58,988 nt of DNA from Steroidobacteraceae bacterium (GCA_018059685.1 JAGOXN010000001.1:1-58988); one strand, 5' to 3'; positions 17,586 to 29,122 are shown, counted from the stretch's first letter. Numbers and translations: made by a program. Notes: generated by a model from the letters alone, not told the origin.

Positions 17586-19859
17586 TCAGGGATCCTGCCA
17601 GAGCCTGCGGTGGAACAGGCGCCATTCGCGCGGCGCCCGCAGCGCCTGCTCCGGATCCACGTCGAACTCGATCGCGCCCGATCGCGACGTCTCGATCACC
17701 GCGGCACCTGCGTCCGCCCAGCGGTCGACGACTTCGCGGGCGGGAAATCCCCAGCGATTGCGATGTCCCGCCGACACGACGGCCCATTGCGGCCGAGTCG
17801 CAGCGACCAGCCCCGGGCTCGACGAGCTGCGGCTGCCGTGGTGCGGCACGACGAGCACGTCCACCGCGCCCGGTGGAGCCGCGCGCAGCAGTTCCTCCTC
17901 CGCCGCGCGCTCGACGTCACCACCCAGAAGGAACACGTGCGGACCCGCGCGGATCCTGAGGACGCAGGAGCGATCGTTGTCCCCGGGCAGGACATCGACG
18001 CCCGGGTGCAGCCACTCGAACCTCACGCCGTCCCAGTCCCAGTGCTCGCCCCGCAGGCAGCGCTCCACGCGTCCGAGGGGGTGCAGGGCCTGGCCGCTCG
18101 CGGCCCTGCGCTTCACCCTCAGCGTCCTTGCCAGCGTGGCGGCCCCTCCGACGTGGTCGTCGTCGTCGTGGCTCGCGACGAGCAGGTCGATGCCGCGTAT
18201 CCCACGGTGCCTGAGATACGGCTCGACCGCGAGTGCACCGGCGTCGGCTCCACTGCGAAATGACGGACCCGTGTCGTACACCAGCACGTGATGTCGCGTC
18301 TCGACGACGGCGGCCAGTCCCTGCCCGACGTCGAGCACGGCAAGATTGAGCGCACCGTGCTGCGGCGGCACGGCGCGCCAGGCGCAGAGAGAGACCACGA
18401 TGACCAGTCCCGCCACGCGGGCCTGCGCAGGCAATGGTGCCAGGGCGGCCGCCGCTCCGAGCGTCAACGCGAGCCAGCCGCCCCAGGGGAGACCCGCGAT
18501 GCCCCAGGCGGCGAGCGGCCACGAAGCGGGAATGCCGATCACCGGCCAGGTCAGCTCGATGAACCAGGCGACGGCCGCGAGCGCCGGCGTACCGAGGTCC
18601 GGAACGATCATTGCGAGACCGGTGGCGAGCAGCACCGCCGGGACGATGAGCAGTGTGTACAGCGGTATGGCAAGCGCATTGACCGGACCGGACACCAGTG
18701 ACACTGCGCCGAACGTGCCGATGAGGACCGGTACCAGCCCAATGGTCACGGCGAGCTGCGTCACGACGAACCCGCGTAGCAGACCGCGCGTGACCAGCTC
18801 TCCGCGCACGACGAACACGATCGACGCCACCGCGACGAAGGACAGCCAGAATCCGGGCGCGAGTGGTGCCAGGGGATCGAGGACGAGTACCGCGAGCGCA
18901 CCGAGCGCGAGCACAGCGGCGGGATCGATCCGCCTGCGCAGCCTCAGCGCCGCGGCGACGACCACGATCATGATCGCCGTGCGCTCCGTGGGCACCGACC
19001 AGCCGGCGAGCGCCGAGTACGCGATCGCGGTCGATGTCCCGGCCACGAGGGCCGCGTCGCGCGTCGTGCCCGTCGCGCCGTGACGCAGTCGCAACCGCTG
19101 CACCGCGGCGCCGAGCCAGGCCGCCAGCGCGGCCAGCATGCCGATGTGCATGCCCGAGATGGCCATGAGGTGGCTCGTGCCGCTGCGCGCGAGGGCCCGC
19201 CACTGCTCCGGGCTCAGCGCGTCCTGCAGCCCCACCGAGAGTCCGGCGACGATACCCGTGGCCGGCCGCTCGCCAAGCGCGGCACGGATCGCATCGTGCG
19301 CGCGTCCGCGCGCCACCAGGACCGGGCGCCGCCAGGCATCCAAGCGCGTGCGGCCCTCGCTCGTCGCGCTTCGCACGTAGCCGGTCGCGCCGATGCCCTC
19401 GCGCAGCATGCGACCCGCGTAGTCGCTGCCGCCCGGATTGGCGAATCCGCGTGGCCGGCGCAGCCGCGCCTCGAGCGACAGGCGCTCCGCCGGACGAGGC
19501 ATGAACGCGGGCTCGTACCAGGTGAGCTCGATGCGCGACGGGATCCCCGCGGCGGGCGCCGTCGCAAACCGGAACCGGATGCCCTGCGGCACTGCCTGCG
19601 GCACCGAATCCACCACCCCGCTAATTTCGACTGTGCGTGCCTCGAGAGCAGGGTCGAGCCGGTCGTCCAGGCGACGGCCGGTCTCCCACCAGCAGAGGAC
19701 GAATGCAGCAAGCAAGGCGAGCACCCACCAGCGCCGCGACAGGAACGCCACGACGAGGCCAGGTGCGATGCCGCAGGCGAGGACCTCGCCCGGGGGCAGG
19801 GCGGGCCCGCCGAGCAATGCGCAGATGCCCGCCAGGCTCGCGAGTGCGACTGCAACCAT
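17586..19859 (-). CDS. comEC: ComEC/Rec2 DNA internalisation-related competence protein
   Basis: Polytopic membrane core plus a C-terminal metallo-beta-lactamase domain (LDVGQGLA..., SHDDDDHVGG, VVPHHGS). The start is set at the ATG at 19859 (MVAVALASLAG); the exact start is uncertain. Confidence 0.85.
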   Translation of the reverse strand: MVAVALASLAGICALLGGPALPPGEVLACGIAPGLVVAFLSRRWWVLALLAAFVLCWWETGRRLDDRLDPALEARTVEISGVVDSVPQAVPQGIRFRFATAPAAGIPSRIELTWYEPAFMPRPAERLSLEARLRRPRGFANPGGSDYAGRMLREGIGATGYVRSATSEGRTRLDAWRRPVLVARGRAHDAIRAALGERPATGIVAGLSVGLQDALSPEQWRALARSGTSHLMAISGMHIGMLAALAAWLGAAVQRLRLRHGATGTTRDAALVAGTSTAIAYSALAGWSVPTERTAIMIVVVAAALRLRRRIDPAAVLALGALAVLVLDPLAPLAPGFWLSFVAVASIVFVVRGELVTRGLLRGFVVTQLAVTIGLVPVLIGTFGAVSLVSGPVNALAIPLYTLLIVPAVLLATGLAMIVPDLGTPALAAVAWFIELTWPVIGIPASWPLAAWGIAGLPWGGWLALTLGAAAALAPLPAQARVAGLVIVVSLCAWRAVPPQHGALNLAVLDVGQGLAAVVETRHHVLVYDTGPSFRSGADAGALAVEPYLRHRGIRGIDLLVASHDDDDHVGGAATLARTLRVKRRAASGQALHPLGRVERCLRGEHWDWDGVRFEWLHPGVDVLPGDNDRSCVLRIRAGPHVFLLGGDVERAAEEELLRAAPPGAVDVLVVPHHGSRSSSSPGLVAATRPQWAVVSAGHRNRWGFPAREVVDRWADAGAAVIETSRSGAIEFDVDPEQALRAPREWRLFHRRLWQDP

Positions 19860-19948
19860 CCACCCGGCTCCAGCGAGTTCCCGAGGCAGGCAGGTTGCCC
19901 CTGCGCACGCCGGCACACGACCTGGATTTCGGGCGTCTTCGTCCCGAT

Positions 19949-20624
<676 letters not shown>

Positions 20625-20632
<8 letters not shown>

Positions 20633-21887
20633 GCCGCAACGCCCTCGCCGGATCGGTTCTCGCTGCCCGCCAGGCGGGGTAGAGCGTCGACAGGCAGCAC
20701 AGCACGAACGCCGTCGCCGCGATGAGCACGACGTCGTCCGACTCCACGCGCGCCGGCAGGTCGCTCATCAGGTAGACGCTCGCGTCCATGAAGCGCGTGC
20801 CGAGCACACGCTCGAGACCGTGGACCAGGCCCTCCAGGTTGACCGACAGCAGCACGCCGAGCGCCACCCCCGCCAGCGTGCCCGCGAGCCCGATCGCCGT
20901 GCCCTGGGTCGCGAACACGGCGAGTACGCTCCACCGGCGCGCCCCCAGCGTGCGCAGGATCGCGATGTCGGGCTGCTTGTCCTTCACCGCCATCACCATC
21001 GTGGACACGATGTTGAACGCCGCGACCGCGACCACCAGCAGCAGGATGAAGAACATCATGCGCTTCGTGAGCTCGATCGAGCGGAAGAAATTGGCGTGAC
21101 GCTGCGTCCAATCCTCGACGTAGAGCCCGCCGCCGAGCGATCGCGCGACCTCGCGAGCGACGAGCGGAGCACGGAACGGGTCATGGACCGCGAGCCGCAG
21201 GCCGGTCACGTGGTCGCCGGTCCTGAAGAGCCGGGCGGCGTCCTCGAGGTGCACGAGCGCGAGTCCGCTGTCGATTTCGTACATGCCCGAGGCGAAGGTA
21301 CCCGCGACGACGAAGCGCCGCATGCGCGGCACCACGCCGGCCGGCGTCACGGTGCCCTGGGCGATCGCGACGACGACGTTCCCGCCGGTGCGGACTCCGA
21401 GCCGGGCGGCGAGTTCCGAGCCGAGCAGGATGCCGAAACCGCCCGGTCTCAATGCGTCGATCGAACCGCTCGAGATGCGGTCGCGGATCGACGATACGCT
21501 CGCCTCGAGCGCCGGGTCGATCCCGCGCACGGCCGCGGCGCTCGCCGTGCCGCGCGCGCGATCGGCGATCAGCAGTCCCTCGCCCTCGACGAATGGCGCG
21601 ACCGCCGTGACCCCGGGTTGGGCGAGCGCCCGTCCACGGAGATCCCGCCAGTCCTGGAGACCGGCTCCGAACGCCGTCAGCGTGGCGTGCGCCGTCATGC
21701 TGAGGATGCGGCTGCGCAACTCGCGCTCGAATCCGTTCATCACCGACAGCACCACGATCAGCACCGCCACGCCGATCGCCACGCCGAGCATGGAGATGGT
21801 CGAGATGAACGACAGGAAGCGGTTCCCGGTCGAGCGCAGGTACCGGCGCCCGATCCTCAGCTCGAACGGAGTGCCACCGGCCATCAT
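20625..21887 (-). CDS. lolE: Lipoprotein-releasing system permease (LolC/LolE family), second copy
   Basis: Start ([19 protein letters not shown]) overlaps the upstream stop (ATGA). MacB/FtsX-type topology with a periplasmic loop. The LolC versus LolE assignment is by position only. Confidence 0.85.
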
Positions 21888-23131
21888 TCGTACCGCAGCG
21901 CCTCGGCCGGCTGCGTGGCCGCGCCGCGCAGGGCCGGGTAGATCGTCGCGAGCACGGTGAGCGCGAAGGCCACGACGGCAATTGCGACGATCTGCGCCGC
22001 ACGGGGCTCCGACGGAATCTCGGTAATGTAGTAGACCGTCGGATCCATGACGTGGAAGCGGAACAGCCGCTCGAGGACCGGCACGATCTCGCCGACGTTC
22101 ATTGCGACGACGATCCCGAGCAGTGTGCCGAGGACGGTGCCGATCGCGCCGATGACCAGCCCCTGGGTGAAGAAGACGCCCACGACGCCGGCCGGGGCGA
22201 GCCCCAGCGTGCGCATGATCGCGATGTCCGACCGCTTCTCGTTCACGACCATGACCAGGGCAGCGACGATGTTGAACGCGGCCACCGCGACCACCAGCAT
22301 CAGGATCAGGCTCATCATGGTCTTTTCGATGCGGATCGCGCGGAAATAGGCCGCATGCTCGCGACTCCAGTCGCGCACCTCGAATCCCGGGCCGAGCGCC
22401 GCGCCGACCTGCGCCGAGATCCGCGGCGCCGCCATCACGTCCGTGAAGCGCAGGCGCAGGCCCGAGGGCGTGGTCCCGTTGCCTGCCAGGTCTGCGGCAT
22501 CGGCAAGGGCGACGAGCGCCAGCGATGCATCGTGGTCCTGCAGCCCGACCTCGAACACGCCGGAGACCTCGAAGGTCTGCAGGACGGGACGGCCGCCCGA
22601 GGAGATCATGTCGTGGCCCGGCACCATCACGGTGATCTGGTCGCCGACCTCGGCCCCGAGCTGCCAGGCCAGCACGCGACCGATGATCATGCGTCGCGAC
22701 CCCGGCACGAGCTCGGCGAGTTGCCCTTCGACCAGGTGCTGCTCGACCGTCGACACCTGCGACTCGAGCGCGGGATCGAGACCGTGCAGCACGGCAGGTT
22801 GCAGTCGACCGGCCCGCCCGATCATTGCCTGCACGTCGGCGAACGGGGCCGCGCCGGTGGTGCCGGGGACCTCGCGTACCCGACGCGCGACGGACTGCCA
22901 GTCCCTCATCAGGCCGGGCGGGCCGAGCAGCGTCGCATGCGCGGTCAACGCCACGAGGCGGCTGCGCAGCTCGCCTTCGAAGCCGTTCATCACCGAGATG
23001 ATCGTGATCAGGGCGGCCACGCCGAGCCCGACACCGAGCATGGACACCCAGGAGATGAACGACACGAAGAACCCTCGTCGGCGGGTCCGTACGTAGCGCA
23101 GGCCAACGAAGATGGGCAGCGGGTGGAACAT
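21884..23131 (-). CDS. lolC: Lipoprotein-releasing system permease (LolC/LolE family), first copy
   Basis: The ATG at 23131 gives MFHPLPIFVGLRYVRTRRRGFFVSFIS, the typical LolC/E N-terminus. It is a paralog of the next gene. Confidence 0.85.
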   Translation of the reverse strand: MFHPLPIFVGLRYVRTRRRGFFVSFISWVSMLGVGLGVAALITIISVMNGFEGELRSRLVALTAHATLLGPPGLMRDWQSVARRVREVPGTTGAAPFADVQAMIGRAGRLQPAVLHGLDPALESQVSTVEQHLVEGQLAELVPGSRRMIIGRVLAWQLGAEVGDQITVMVPGHDMISSGGRPVLQTFEVSGVFEVGLQDHDASLALVALADAADLAGNGTTPSGLRLRFTDVMAAPRISAQVGAALGPGFEVRDWSREHAAYFRAIRIEKTMMSLILMLVVAVAAFNIVAALVMVVNEKRSDIAIMRTLGLAPAGVVGVFFTQGLVIGAIGTVLGTLLGIVVAMNVGEIVPVLERLFRFHVMDPTVYYITEIPSEPRAAQIVAIAVVAFALTVLATIYPALRGAATQPAEALRYE

Positions 23132-23296
23132 CGGGGTCGTCGCGAAAAGCCGCAAGGCTACCCGCGTGGCGCTGCCATTGCACGCGCGCGCCACCGGCCC
23201 GATGCGCCGGACAGAGCGCAATTCCGCGAACCGGTCACGCCCCCGGCGACGGTCGGGTGTTATATTTGCGGCGGCTACCGAGTTGAGGTCGCGACG

Positions 23297-23590
23297 ATGC
23301 GCAAGACTTTCCTGGCTGCGATGGGCGTGGTGTGCGGATTCGCCTGGGCCCATGCGCCCGCCCAGAACCTGCAGATGGCCGATGCGCCGGAGACCCGCGC
23401 CCGGGCGGCGACGCCGTCGCGCGGAACCAGCATGGCGCAGGTGGAAAGGCAGTTCGGCGCGCCCGCGGAACGCTTTGCGGCGGTCGGTCAGCCACCGATC
23501 ACCCGCTGGGTCTATCCGGACTTCGTCGTGTTCTTCGAATACAGCCACGTGATCCACGCAGTCGCAACGACTGCGGCAGCGAGCCAGTGA
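23297..23590 (+). CDS. Small secreted hypothetical protein (97 aa)
   Basis: ATG with GAGG 8 nt upstream and a signal peptide (MRKTFLAAMGVVCGFAWAHA). The codon bias fits the host. No family recognised. Confidence 0.6.
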   Translation: MRKTFLAAMGVVCGFAWAHAPAQNLQMADAPETRARAATPSRGTSMAQVERQFGAPAERFAAVGQPPITRWVYPDFVVFFEYSHVIHAVATTAAASQ

Positions 23591-23720
23591 TCCACTGACT
23601 TCGCGGCTGCGGGCCTTGCCTGCGGCCGGTCTGCTACCCTTCCACGCTGCCCGAGCGCTCCGCTCGCTGCGTCCAGTTCCGAGCAAGTCTCAAGACACGC
23701 TCGTAACATATTGTTAGTAA

Positions 23721-26700
23721 ATGACATTTGACCAAAGACTTCCTGTCCGCGGCGGACCCCCCGTGCGCTGGGTCGGCCTGGCCGGGGCTGCAGCGGCACT
23801 GTCCGCCGCCCGCGCGGCCGAAGGAGCCGACGCGACGATTCTCGTCCTTGCACCGGACGCGAGCGCCGCCGCGCGACTCGAAGAGGAGTTGCGCTTCTTC
23901 GCGCCACCGCAGCTGCCCGTCCATCCCTTCCCGGGCTACGAAACACTCCCATACGACCAGTTCTCGCCGCACCCGGACATCATTTCCCAGCGGCTGCGCA
24001 CGCTCGCGAGCCTCCCCGGGCTGCGTGCCGCCATCGTCGTCACCGACCTTGCAACCGCGTTGCAGCGCCTGCCGCCCCGCGACTTCGTAGACGGCCACGT
24101 GCTCAATCTCGCCATCGGCCAGGAACTCGACCTCGAAGCGTTCCGCCTGCGCCTGACGGCGGCGGGCTATGCGAGCGTGCCGCAGGTCGCCGGGCCCGGT
24201 GAGTACGCGATCCGCGGTTCGCTCTTCGATGTCTTTCCAATGGGCAGCGAGGCGCCGCTGCGCGTCGACCTGTTCGACCGCCAGATCGACAGCATCCGCA
24301 GCTTCGACGCCGACACGCAGCGATCGAGCGAGCGACTCCCGCGGGTCGACCTGCTCCCGGGACGCGAGTTCAGCCTCGCTCCCGAATCGACGCGCGATTT
24401 CCGCCGGCGATTCCGCACCCGCTTCGAAGGCGACCTGACGCGCATGCCGCTCTATCGCGACCTCGGCGAGGGCCTCGCGCCTGCGGGCATCGAGTATCAC
24501 CTCCCCCTGTTCTTCGAGCGTACCGCGACACTGTTCGACTACCTGCCCGGGCGCTGCGTCGTCGCATTGCCGGCCGGTCACGCTGCATTGCTCGCGGGCG
24601 CCTGGCGCGCGATAGAGGAACGATACGAGGAGCGGCGCTACGACCTCGAGCATCCCGTGTTGAGGCCCGACGAGGCGTTCGTGCCGCCCGGCGACTGGAC
24701 GACGCAGGCAGGCCGGCATCCCTGCCTGCTCCTCGGCGAAGATGCGGGCCCGGAAGGATCGGCTGGCGAGGTCACGATCGTCGACCTGCGCGCGTCGGAA
24801 CCACCCAGCGTCCGGCTCGATCCCCGCCACGCGGGAACGATCGAGGCCTTCGCGTCCCTGTTGAGCGCCGACCCGGGGCGTTCGCTCATCGTGGCGGAAT
24901 CACCGGGGCGGCGCGAAGTGCTGCGCGAGCTGCTGCGTCCGCACGGAATCGATCCGCCGCTCGTGGCGGGCTGGCAGGAATTCCTGGCCTCCACGGCCAG
25001 TCTCGCGATCGCGGTCGCACCGCTCGCATCGGGCGTCGTGTTCGACGATCCACCGATCACGCTGTACGCCGAGGAGCAGCTGTTCGGCGCACGTGCCCGC
25101 CAGGAGCGCCGTCGGCGTCGCTCCGACCGCGATCCCGCCCGCATCATCCAGCAGCTCGCGGACCTGCGCGCGGGCGCGCCGGTCGTGCACGAGGACTACG
25201 GCGTCGGGCGCTACCTCGGCCTCATGACCATGGAGGCCGGAGGTCTCCCGGCCGAGTTCCTCGTGCTCGAGTACGCCGACGGCGACAGGCTCTACGTCCC
25301 GGTGCAGGCCCTCGAGCGCATCAGCCGTTACACCGGAGCGCCGCCCGAAGGTGCGCCGCTGCACAAGCTCGGCAGCGAGCAGTGGGCGAAGGCCCGCAGC
25401 CGGGCCGCGGCGCGGATCCGCGACGCCGCGGCGGAACTGCTCGACGTCTACTCGCGGCGCGCCGCGCGCGAGGGGCACGCGTACACGATTGACGAGCAGC
25501 AGTTGCACTCGTTCGAAGCGTCCTTCCCGTTCGAGGAGACGGCGGACCAGGCGGCCGCGATCGCCCAGGTGCTCGGGGACATGCGCTCGCCACGCCCGAT
25601 GGATCGCGTCGTGTGCGGCGACGTGGGGTTCGGCAAGACCGAGGTTGCGCTGCGTGCGGCCTTCGTCGCGGTGCATGGCGGCAAGCAGGTCGCCGTGCTG
25701 GTGCCGACGACACTCCTTGCGCAGCAGCACCACCAGACGTTCCTCGACCGGTTCGCCGACTGGCCCGTCAAGGTGGAACTCCTGTCGCGTTTCCGCGCCG
25801 ACGCCGAGGCCAGGGGAACCCTCGCGGGACTCGCGGCGGGCAACGTGGACATCGTGATCGGCACGCACCGACTGCTGCAGCCCGGGGTGCGTTTCAGGGA
25901 CCTCGGCCTCATCATCGTCGACGAGGAACACCGCTTCGGCGTGCGCGACAAGGAACGGCTCAAGGCCCTGCGTGCCGAGGTCGACGTCCTGACGCTGACT
26001 GCGACGCCCATTCCGCGCACGCTCAACATGGCGATCGGCGGGCTGCGTGACCTCTCGCTCATCGCCACGCCGCCGGCCACGCGCCTGTCGATCAAGACCC
26101 TGGTGTCGGAGTGGAGCGCCCCCACGATCCGCGAGGCGTGCCTGCGCGAGCTGCGACGCGGCGGCCAGGTCTACTTCGTGCACAACTCCGTCGAGACGAT
26201 CGAGCACACCGCCCGCGTCCTGCAGGAACTCGTGCCCGAGGCGCACATCGCGATCGGGCACGGCCAGATGCGCGAACGCGACCTCGAACAGGTGATGCTC
26301 GATTTCTACCACAGGCGCACCAACCTGCTCGTGTGCACGACGATCATCGAGAGCGGCATCGACGTGCCGACCGCAAACACCATCGTGATCGATCGGGCCG
26401 ACCGATTGGGCCTCGCGCAGCTGCACCAGCTGCGGGGTCGCGTGGGACGTTCGCACCACCAGGCGTACGCCTACCTGGTCACCCCGCCCCGCAACGCGAT
26501 GACTGCGGACGCGGCGCGGCGCGTCGAGGCCATCGAATCGCTGGAGGACTTGGGCGCGGGCTTCGTCCTCGCCACGCACGACCTGGAGATCCGCGGGGCA
26601 GGCGAGTTGCTCGGCGAGGACCAGAGCGGCCAGATCCACGAGATCGGCTTTGCGCTCTACATGGAGCTCCTCGAACGCGCCGTGGGCGCGCTGCGCGAGG

Positions 26701-27200
26701 GTCGCACCCCCGAGCTCGAGCGGCCGCTGCACCACGGGCCGGAGCTCGACCTCCATGTCCCGGCGCTGCTGCCGGAGGGATTCCTCCCCGACGTGCACGC
26801 CCGGCTCGTGCTGTACAAGCGGATCTCGGGCGTCGCGAGCGAAGCAGAACTCGACGACCTGCTGGCGGAGACGGTGGATCGCTTCGGCCCGCTGCCCGAA
26901 CCGGCGCGCAACCTGTTCCGGATCGCGCGGCTGCGCTCGGCCGCGGTACGCCTCGGCATCGAGCGGCTCGACGTGGGTCCGGCCGGTGGTTCGGTCAGTT
27001 TCGCGGATGCGACGCCGGTCGATCCGGGTGCCCTGATCCTGCTGGTGCAGCGCAGCGCAAAGGCCCTGCGCTTCGACGGGCCACGCAAGGTGCGCTTTAC
27101 CGGCTCGTTCAAGGAAGCGGGCGACCGTTTCGCCGCGGCCCAGGCGCACCTCGACGCCCTGGCCTCGTGCACCGTTCCGGCCGCCGCAGCCCGGGCCTAG
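23721..27200 (+). CDS. mfd: Transcription-repair coupling factor Mfd
   Basis: UvrB-homology N-terminus, CarD-like RNA polymerase interaction domain, superfamily-2 translocase (DVGFGKTEVA, DEEHRFG) and TRG motif. Confidence 0.96.
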   Translation: MTFDQRLPVRGGPPVRWVGLAGAAAALSAARAAEGADATILVLAPDASAAARLEEELRFFAPPQLPVHPFPGYETLPYDQFSPHPDIISQRLRTLASLPGLRAAIVVTDLATALQRLPPRDFVDGHVLNLAIGQELDLEAFRLRLTAAGYASVPQVAGPGEYAIRGSLFDVFPMGSEAPLRVDLFDRQIDSIRSFDADTQRSSERLPRVDLLPGREFSLAPESTRDFRRRFRTRFEGDLTRMPLYRDLGEGLAPAGIEYHLPLFFERTATLFDYLPGRCVVALPAGHAALLAGAWRAIEERYEERRYDLEHPVLRPDEAFVPPGDWTTQAGRHPCLLLGEDAGPEGSAGEVTIVDLRASEPPSVRLDPRHAGTIEAFASLLSADPGRSLIVAESPGRREVLRELLRPHGIDPPLVAGWQEFLASTASLAIAVAPLASGVVFDDPPITLYAEEQLFGARARQERRRRRSDRDPARIIQQLADLRAGAPVVHEDYGVGRYLGLMTMEAGGLPAEFLVLEYADGDRLYVPVQALERISRYTGAPPEGAPLHKLGSEQWAKARSRAAARIRDAAAELLDVYSRRAAREGHAYTIDEQQLHSFEASFPFEETADQAAAIAQVLGDMRSPRPMDRVVCGDVGFGKTEVALRAAFVAVHGGKQVAVLVPTTLLAQQHHQTFLDRFADWPVKVELLSRFRADAEARGTLAGLAAGNVDIVIGTHRLLQPGVRFRDLGLIIVDEEHRFGVRDKERLKALRAEVDVLTLTATPIPRTLNMAIGGLRDLSLIATPPATRLSIKTLVSEWSAPTIREACLRELRRGGQVYFVHNSVETIEHTARVLQELVPEAHIAIGHGQMRERDLEQVMLDFYHRRTNLLVCTTIIESGIDVPTANTIVIDRADRLGLAQLHQLRGRVGRSHHQAYAYLVTPPRNAMTADAARRVEAIESLEDLGAGFVLATHDLEIRGAGELLGEDQSGQIHEIGFALYMELLERAVGALREGRTPELERPLHHGPELDLHVPALLPEGFLPDVHARLVLYKRISGVASEAELDDLLAETVDRFGPLPEPARNLFRIARLRSAAVRLGIERLDVGPAGGSVSFADATPVDPGALILLVQRSAKALRFDGPRKVRFTGSFKEAGDRFAAAQAHLDALASCTVPAAAARA

Positions 27201-28060
27201 CCGCCGATCGATCCCTCGACCACGACGTTGCCGCCGGCCTTCTTTGCCTCCGCCATCGCCGCCGCGGCGGCGTCGAGCAGGGTCTCGCACGGGCGATCCC
27301 GCGGAGGCGCCGCCGTGACCACGCCCACGCTGGCCGTCATGTACCGCCCGGTCCTGGATCTTGGATGATGGATGGCGAGCGCGCGGACGCGCTGCAGGAT
27401 CCGCTCGGCGTGCTGCAGTGCGGCCGCCTGCTCCATGCTCACGCCGAGGACGAGGAACTCGTCGTCCCCCACGCGCGCGACCACGTCGCTCGCGCGCCGC
27501 ATCGCCGAGGCGATCGTGCGGCCGACCTGGCGCACGACGTTGTCCGTGGCGCCGCGTCCGAAGACGTCGTGGTACTCGCGATAGGCGTCGAGATCCAGCC
27601 GGATGATGGTGAGCGCGCGGCCATCCCGCTGGCCGATCGACCAGTCCCTGCGCAGCACCTCGAGCAGGTGCTCCGGCGTGCTCAGGCCGCTGGTGCGATC
27701 CACGGCCGCAGCGAGCGCCCCGGGCGCGCTGCGCGGCAGCGGCCGATAGTACAGAGCGAGATGCCCGTCCGACAGCAGCACGGCCCAACGCTCGCAGTCG
27801 ATCATCGTCCCGTCGCTGCGGCGCAGGCTGACGCGCAGGCCGACGCCGACACTGGTCAGGTTCGGGTCGGCCGGGGCCTCCGCCTCGATCTCCTCGAGCG
27901 TCCGGTCGGCCAGCCACTCCTCCGGCCGGCGCAGCAGCCCCGCCAGCGTCGCATTTCCATACATGATCCGCGGTGCGGCTGCACTGCCCTCGACCACGGC
28001 CAGGCCGTCGAGCGCATGGTGCAGGACTTCGGCGAGCAGACTGGGGTCTAGCGGGCTCAT
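27197..28060 (-). CDS. PAS-domain / GGDEF-domain protein with degenerate active site (GDDEF)
   Basis: N-terminal PAS-like fold and C-terminal GGDEF domain. The signature reads RVGDDEF (codons 27455..27469), with RASD (RxxD I-site) five residues upstream. Confidence 0.85.
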   Translation of the reverse strand: MSPLDPSLLAEVLHHALDGLAVVEGSAAAPRIMYGNATLAGLLRRPEEWLADRTLEEIEAEAPADPNLTSVGVGLRVSLRRSDGTMIDCERWAVLLSDGHLALYYRPLPRSAPGALAAAVDRTSGLSTPEHLLEVLRRDWSIGQRDGRALTIIRLDLDAYREYHDVFGRGATDNVVRQVGRTIASAMRRASDVVARVGDDEFLVLGVSMEQAAALQHAERILQRVRALAIHHPRSRTGRYMTASVGVVTAAPPRDRPCETLLDAAAAAMAEAKKAGGNVVVEGSIGG

Positions 28061-28078
28061 AGGCGGTCTGGTGGCTCC

Positions 28079-29122
28079 CTAGGCGTCGAGTTGCAGGCTC
28101 GGTGCGTCGCGGCAGTGGTCGACGGCGCCGCGGCATTCGTGCCAGCGCGCGCTTTGCATCAATGCGCCACGATCCGGCATCGGCCGGCCGTGCAGCCGCG
28201 CGAGACGGACCTGGCTCAATGGGTCCGCGACCCCCGCCAGCTCGTCGAGCGCCGCGAGCACCGCGGGGCGATCGTTGCACAACGGCAGCACGTCACAGCC
28301 CGCCGCAAGCGCCCGGCGCGCGCGTTCCGTCGCGGTTCCGGCGAATGCCGCCCCGCCCATGCTCAGGTCGTCCGAGAACACCGCGCCCGTGAAACCGAGG
28401 CTCCAGCGCAGTTCCTGCTGTATCCAGCGCCTCGAGAACCCGGCAGGCGCAGCATCCACTTCGGGAAACAGGACGTGTGCCACCATGACCGATGCCAGAC
28501 CGTTCGCGATGAGGCGTCGATACGGAAGCAGGTCCTCACCGAGTGCCTCGAGCGGACGGCGGTCCACCGGCAGGGCCTTGTGCGAATCCACCACCACGGC
28601 GCCGTGCCCGGGAAAGTGCTTCGCCGTCGCCGCCATGCCGGCCGCGCGCATGCCCTGGATGCATGCGACCGCGAGCCGCGAGACGACCTCCGGATCGCGG
28701 TGGTAGGCGCGATCGCCAATCACCTCGCTCACCCCGTAGTCGAGGTCCACGCAGGGAGCGAAGCTCATGTCGACGCCGACTGCGCGCAACTCGGCCGCCA
28801 GCAGCCAGCCGCATTGCCAGGCGAGCCGCCGGCCGGCGTCGGGATCGAGGTCGTACGCGCGGCCGACCGCGCGCTGCGGCGGAAGCGCGGTGAAATCGCT
28901 GCGAAAGCGCTGCACGCGCCCGCCCTCGTGGTCGACCGCGACCAGCAGCGGCGGACGGCGCACCGACCGGATGTCACGCACCAGCGCCTCGAGCTGCGCA
29001 ACGCTGGCGTAGTTGCGGGAGAACAGGATGACCGAGCCCACCAGCGGATGCGACAGGATCTCGCGATCCTCCGACGTGAGTTCCGTACCGGCGACGTCGA
29101 CCATCAGGGGCCCGAGCGTCAT
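28079..29122 (-). CDS. nagZ: Beta-N-acetylhexosaminidase NagZ
   Basis: GH3 motifs (ILFSRN, VAVDHEGGRVQR, KHFPGHG, SDDLSM). Confidence 0.92.
   Translation of the reverse strand: MTLGPLMVDVAGTELTSEDREILSHPLVGSVILFSRNYASVAQLEALVRDIRSVRRPPLLVAVDHEGGRVQRFRSDFTALPPQRAVGRAYDLDPDAGRRLAWQCGWLLAAELRAVGVDMSFAPCVDLDYGVSEVIGDRAYHRDPEVVSRLAVACIQGMRAAGMAATAKHFPGHGAVVVDSHKALPVDRRPLEALGEDLLPYRRLIANGLASVMVAHVLFPEVDAAPAGFSRRWIQQELRWSLGFTGAVFSDDLSMGGAAFAGTATERARRALAAGCDVLPLCNDRPAVLAALDELAGVADPLSQVRLARLHGRPMPDRGALMQSARWHECRGAVDHCRDAPSLQLDA

Noticed and set aside
27197-27200. A CTAG palindrome that provides the TAG stop codons of both mfd and the convergent GGDEF gene.
   Set aside because: The overlap is real but most likely trivial. 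It is noted within the GGDEF finding rather than as a separate signal.
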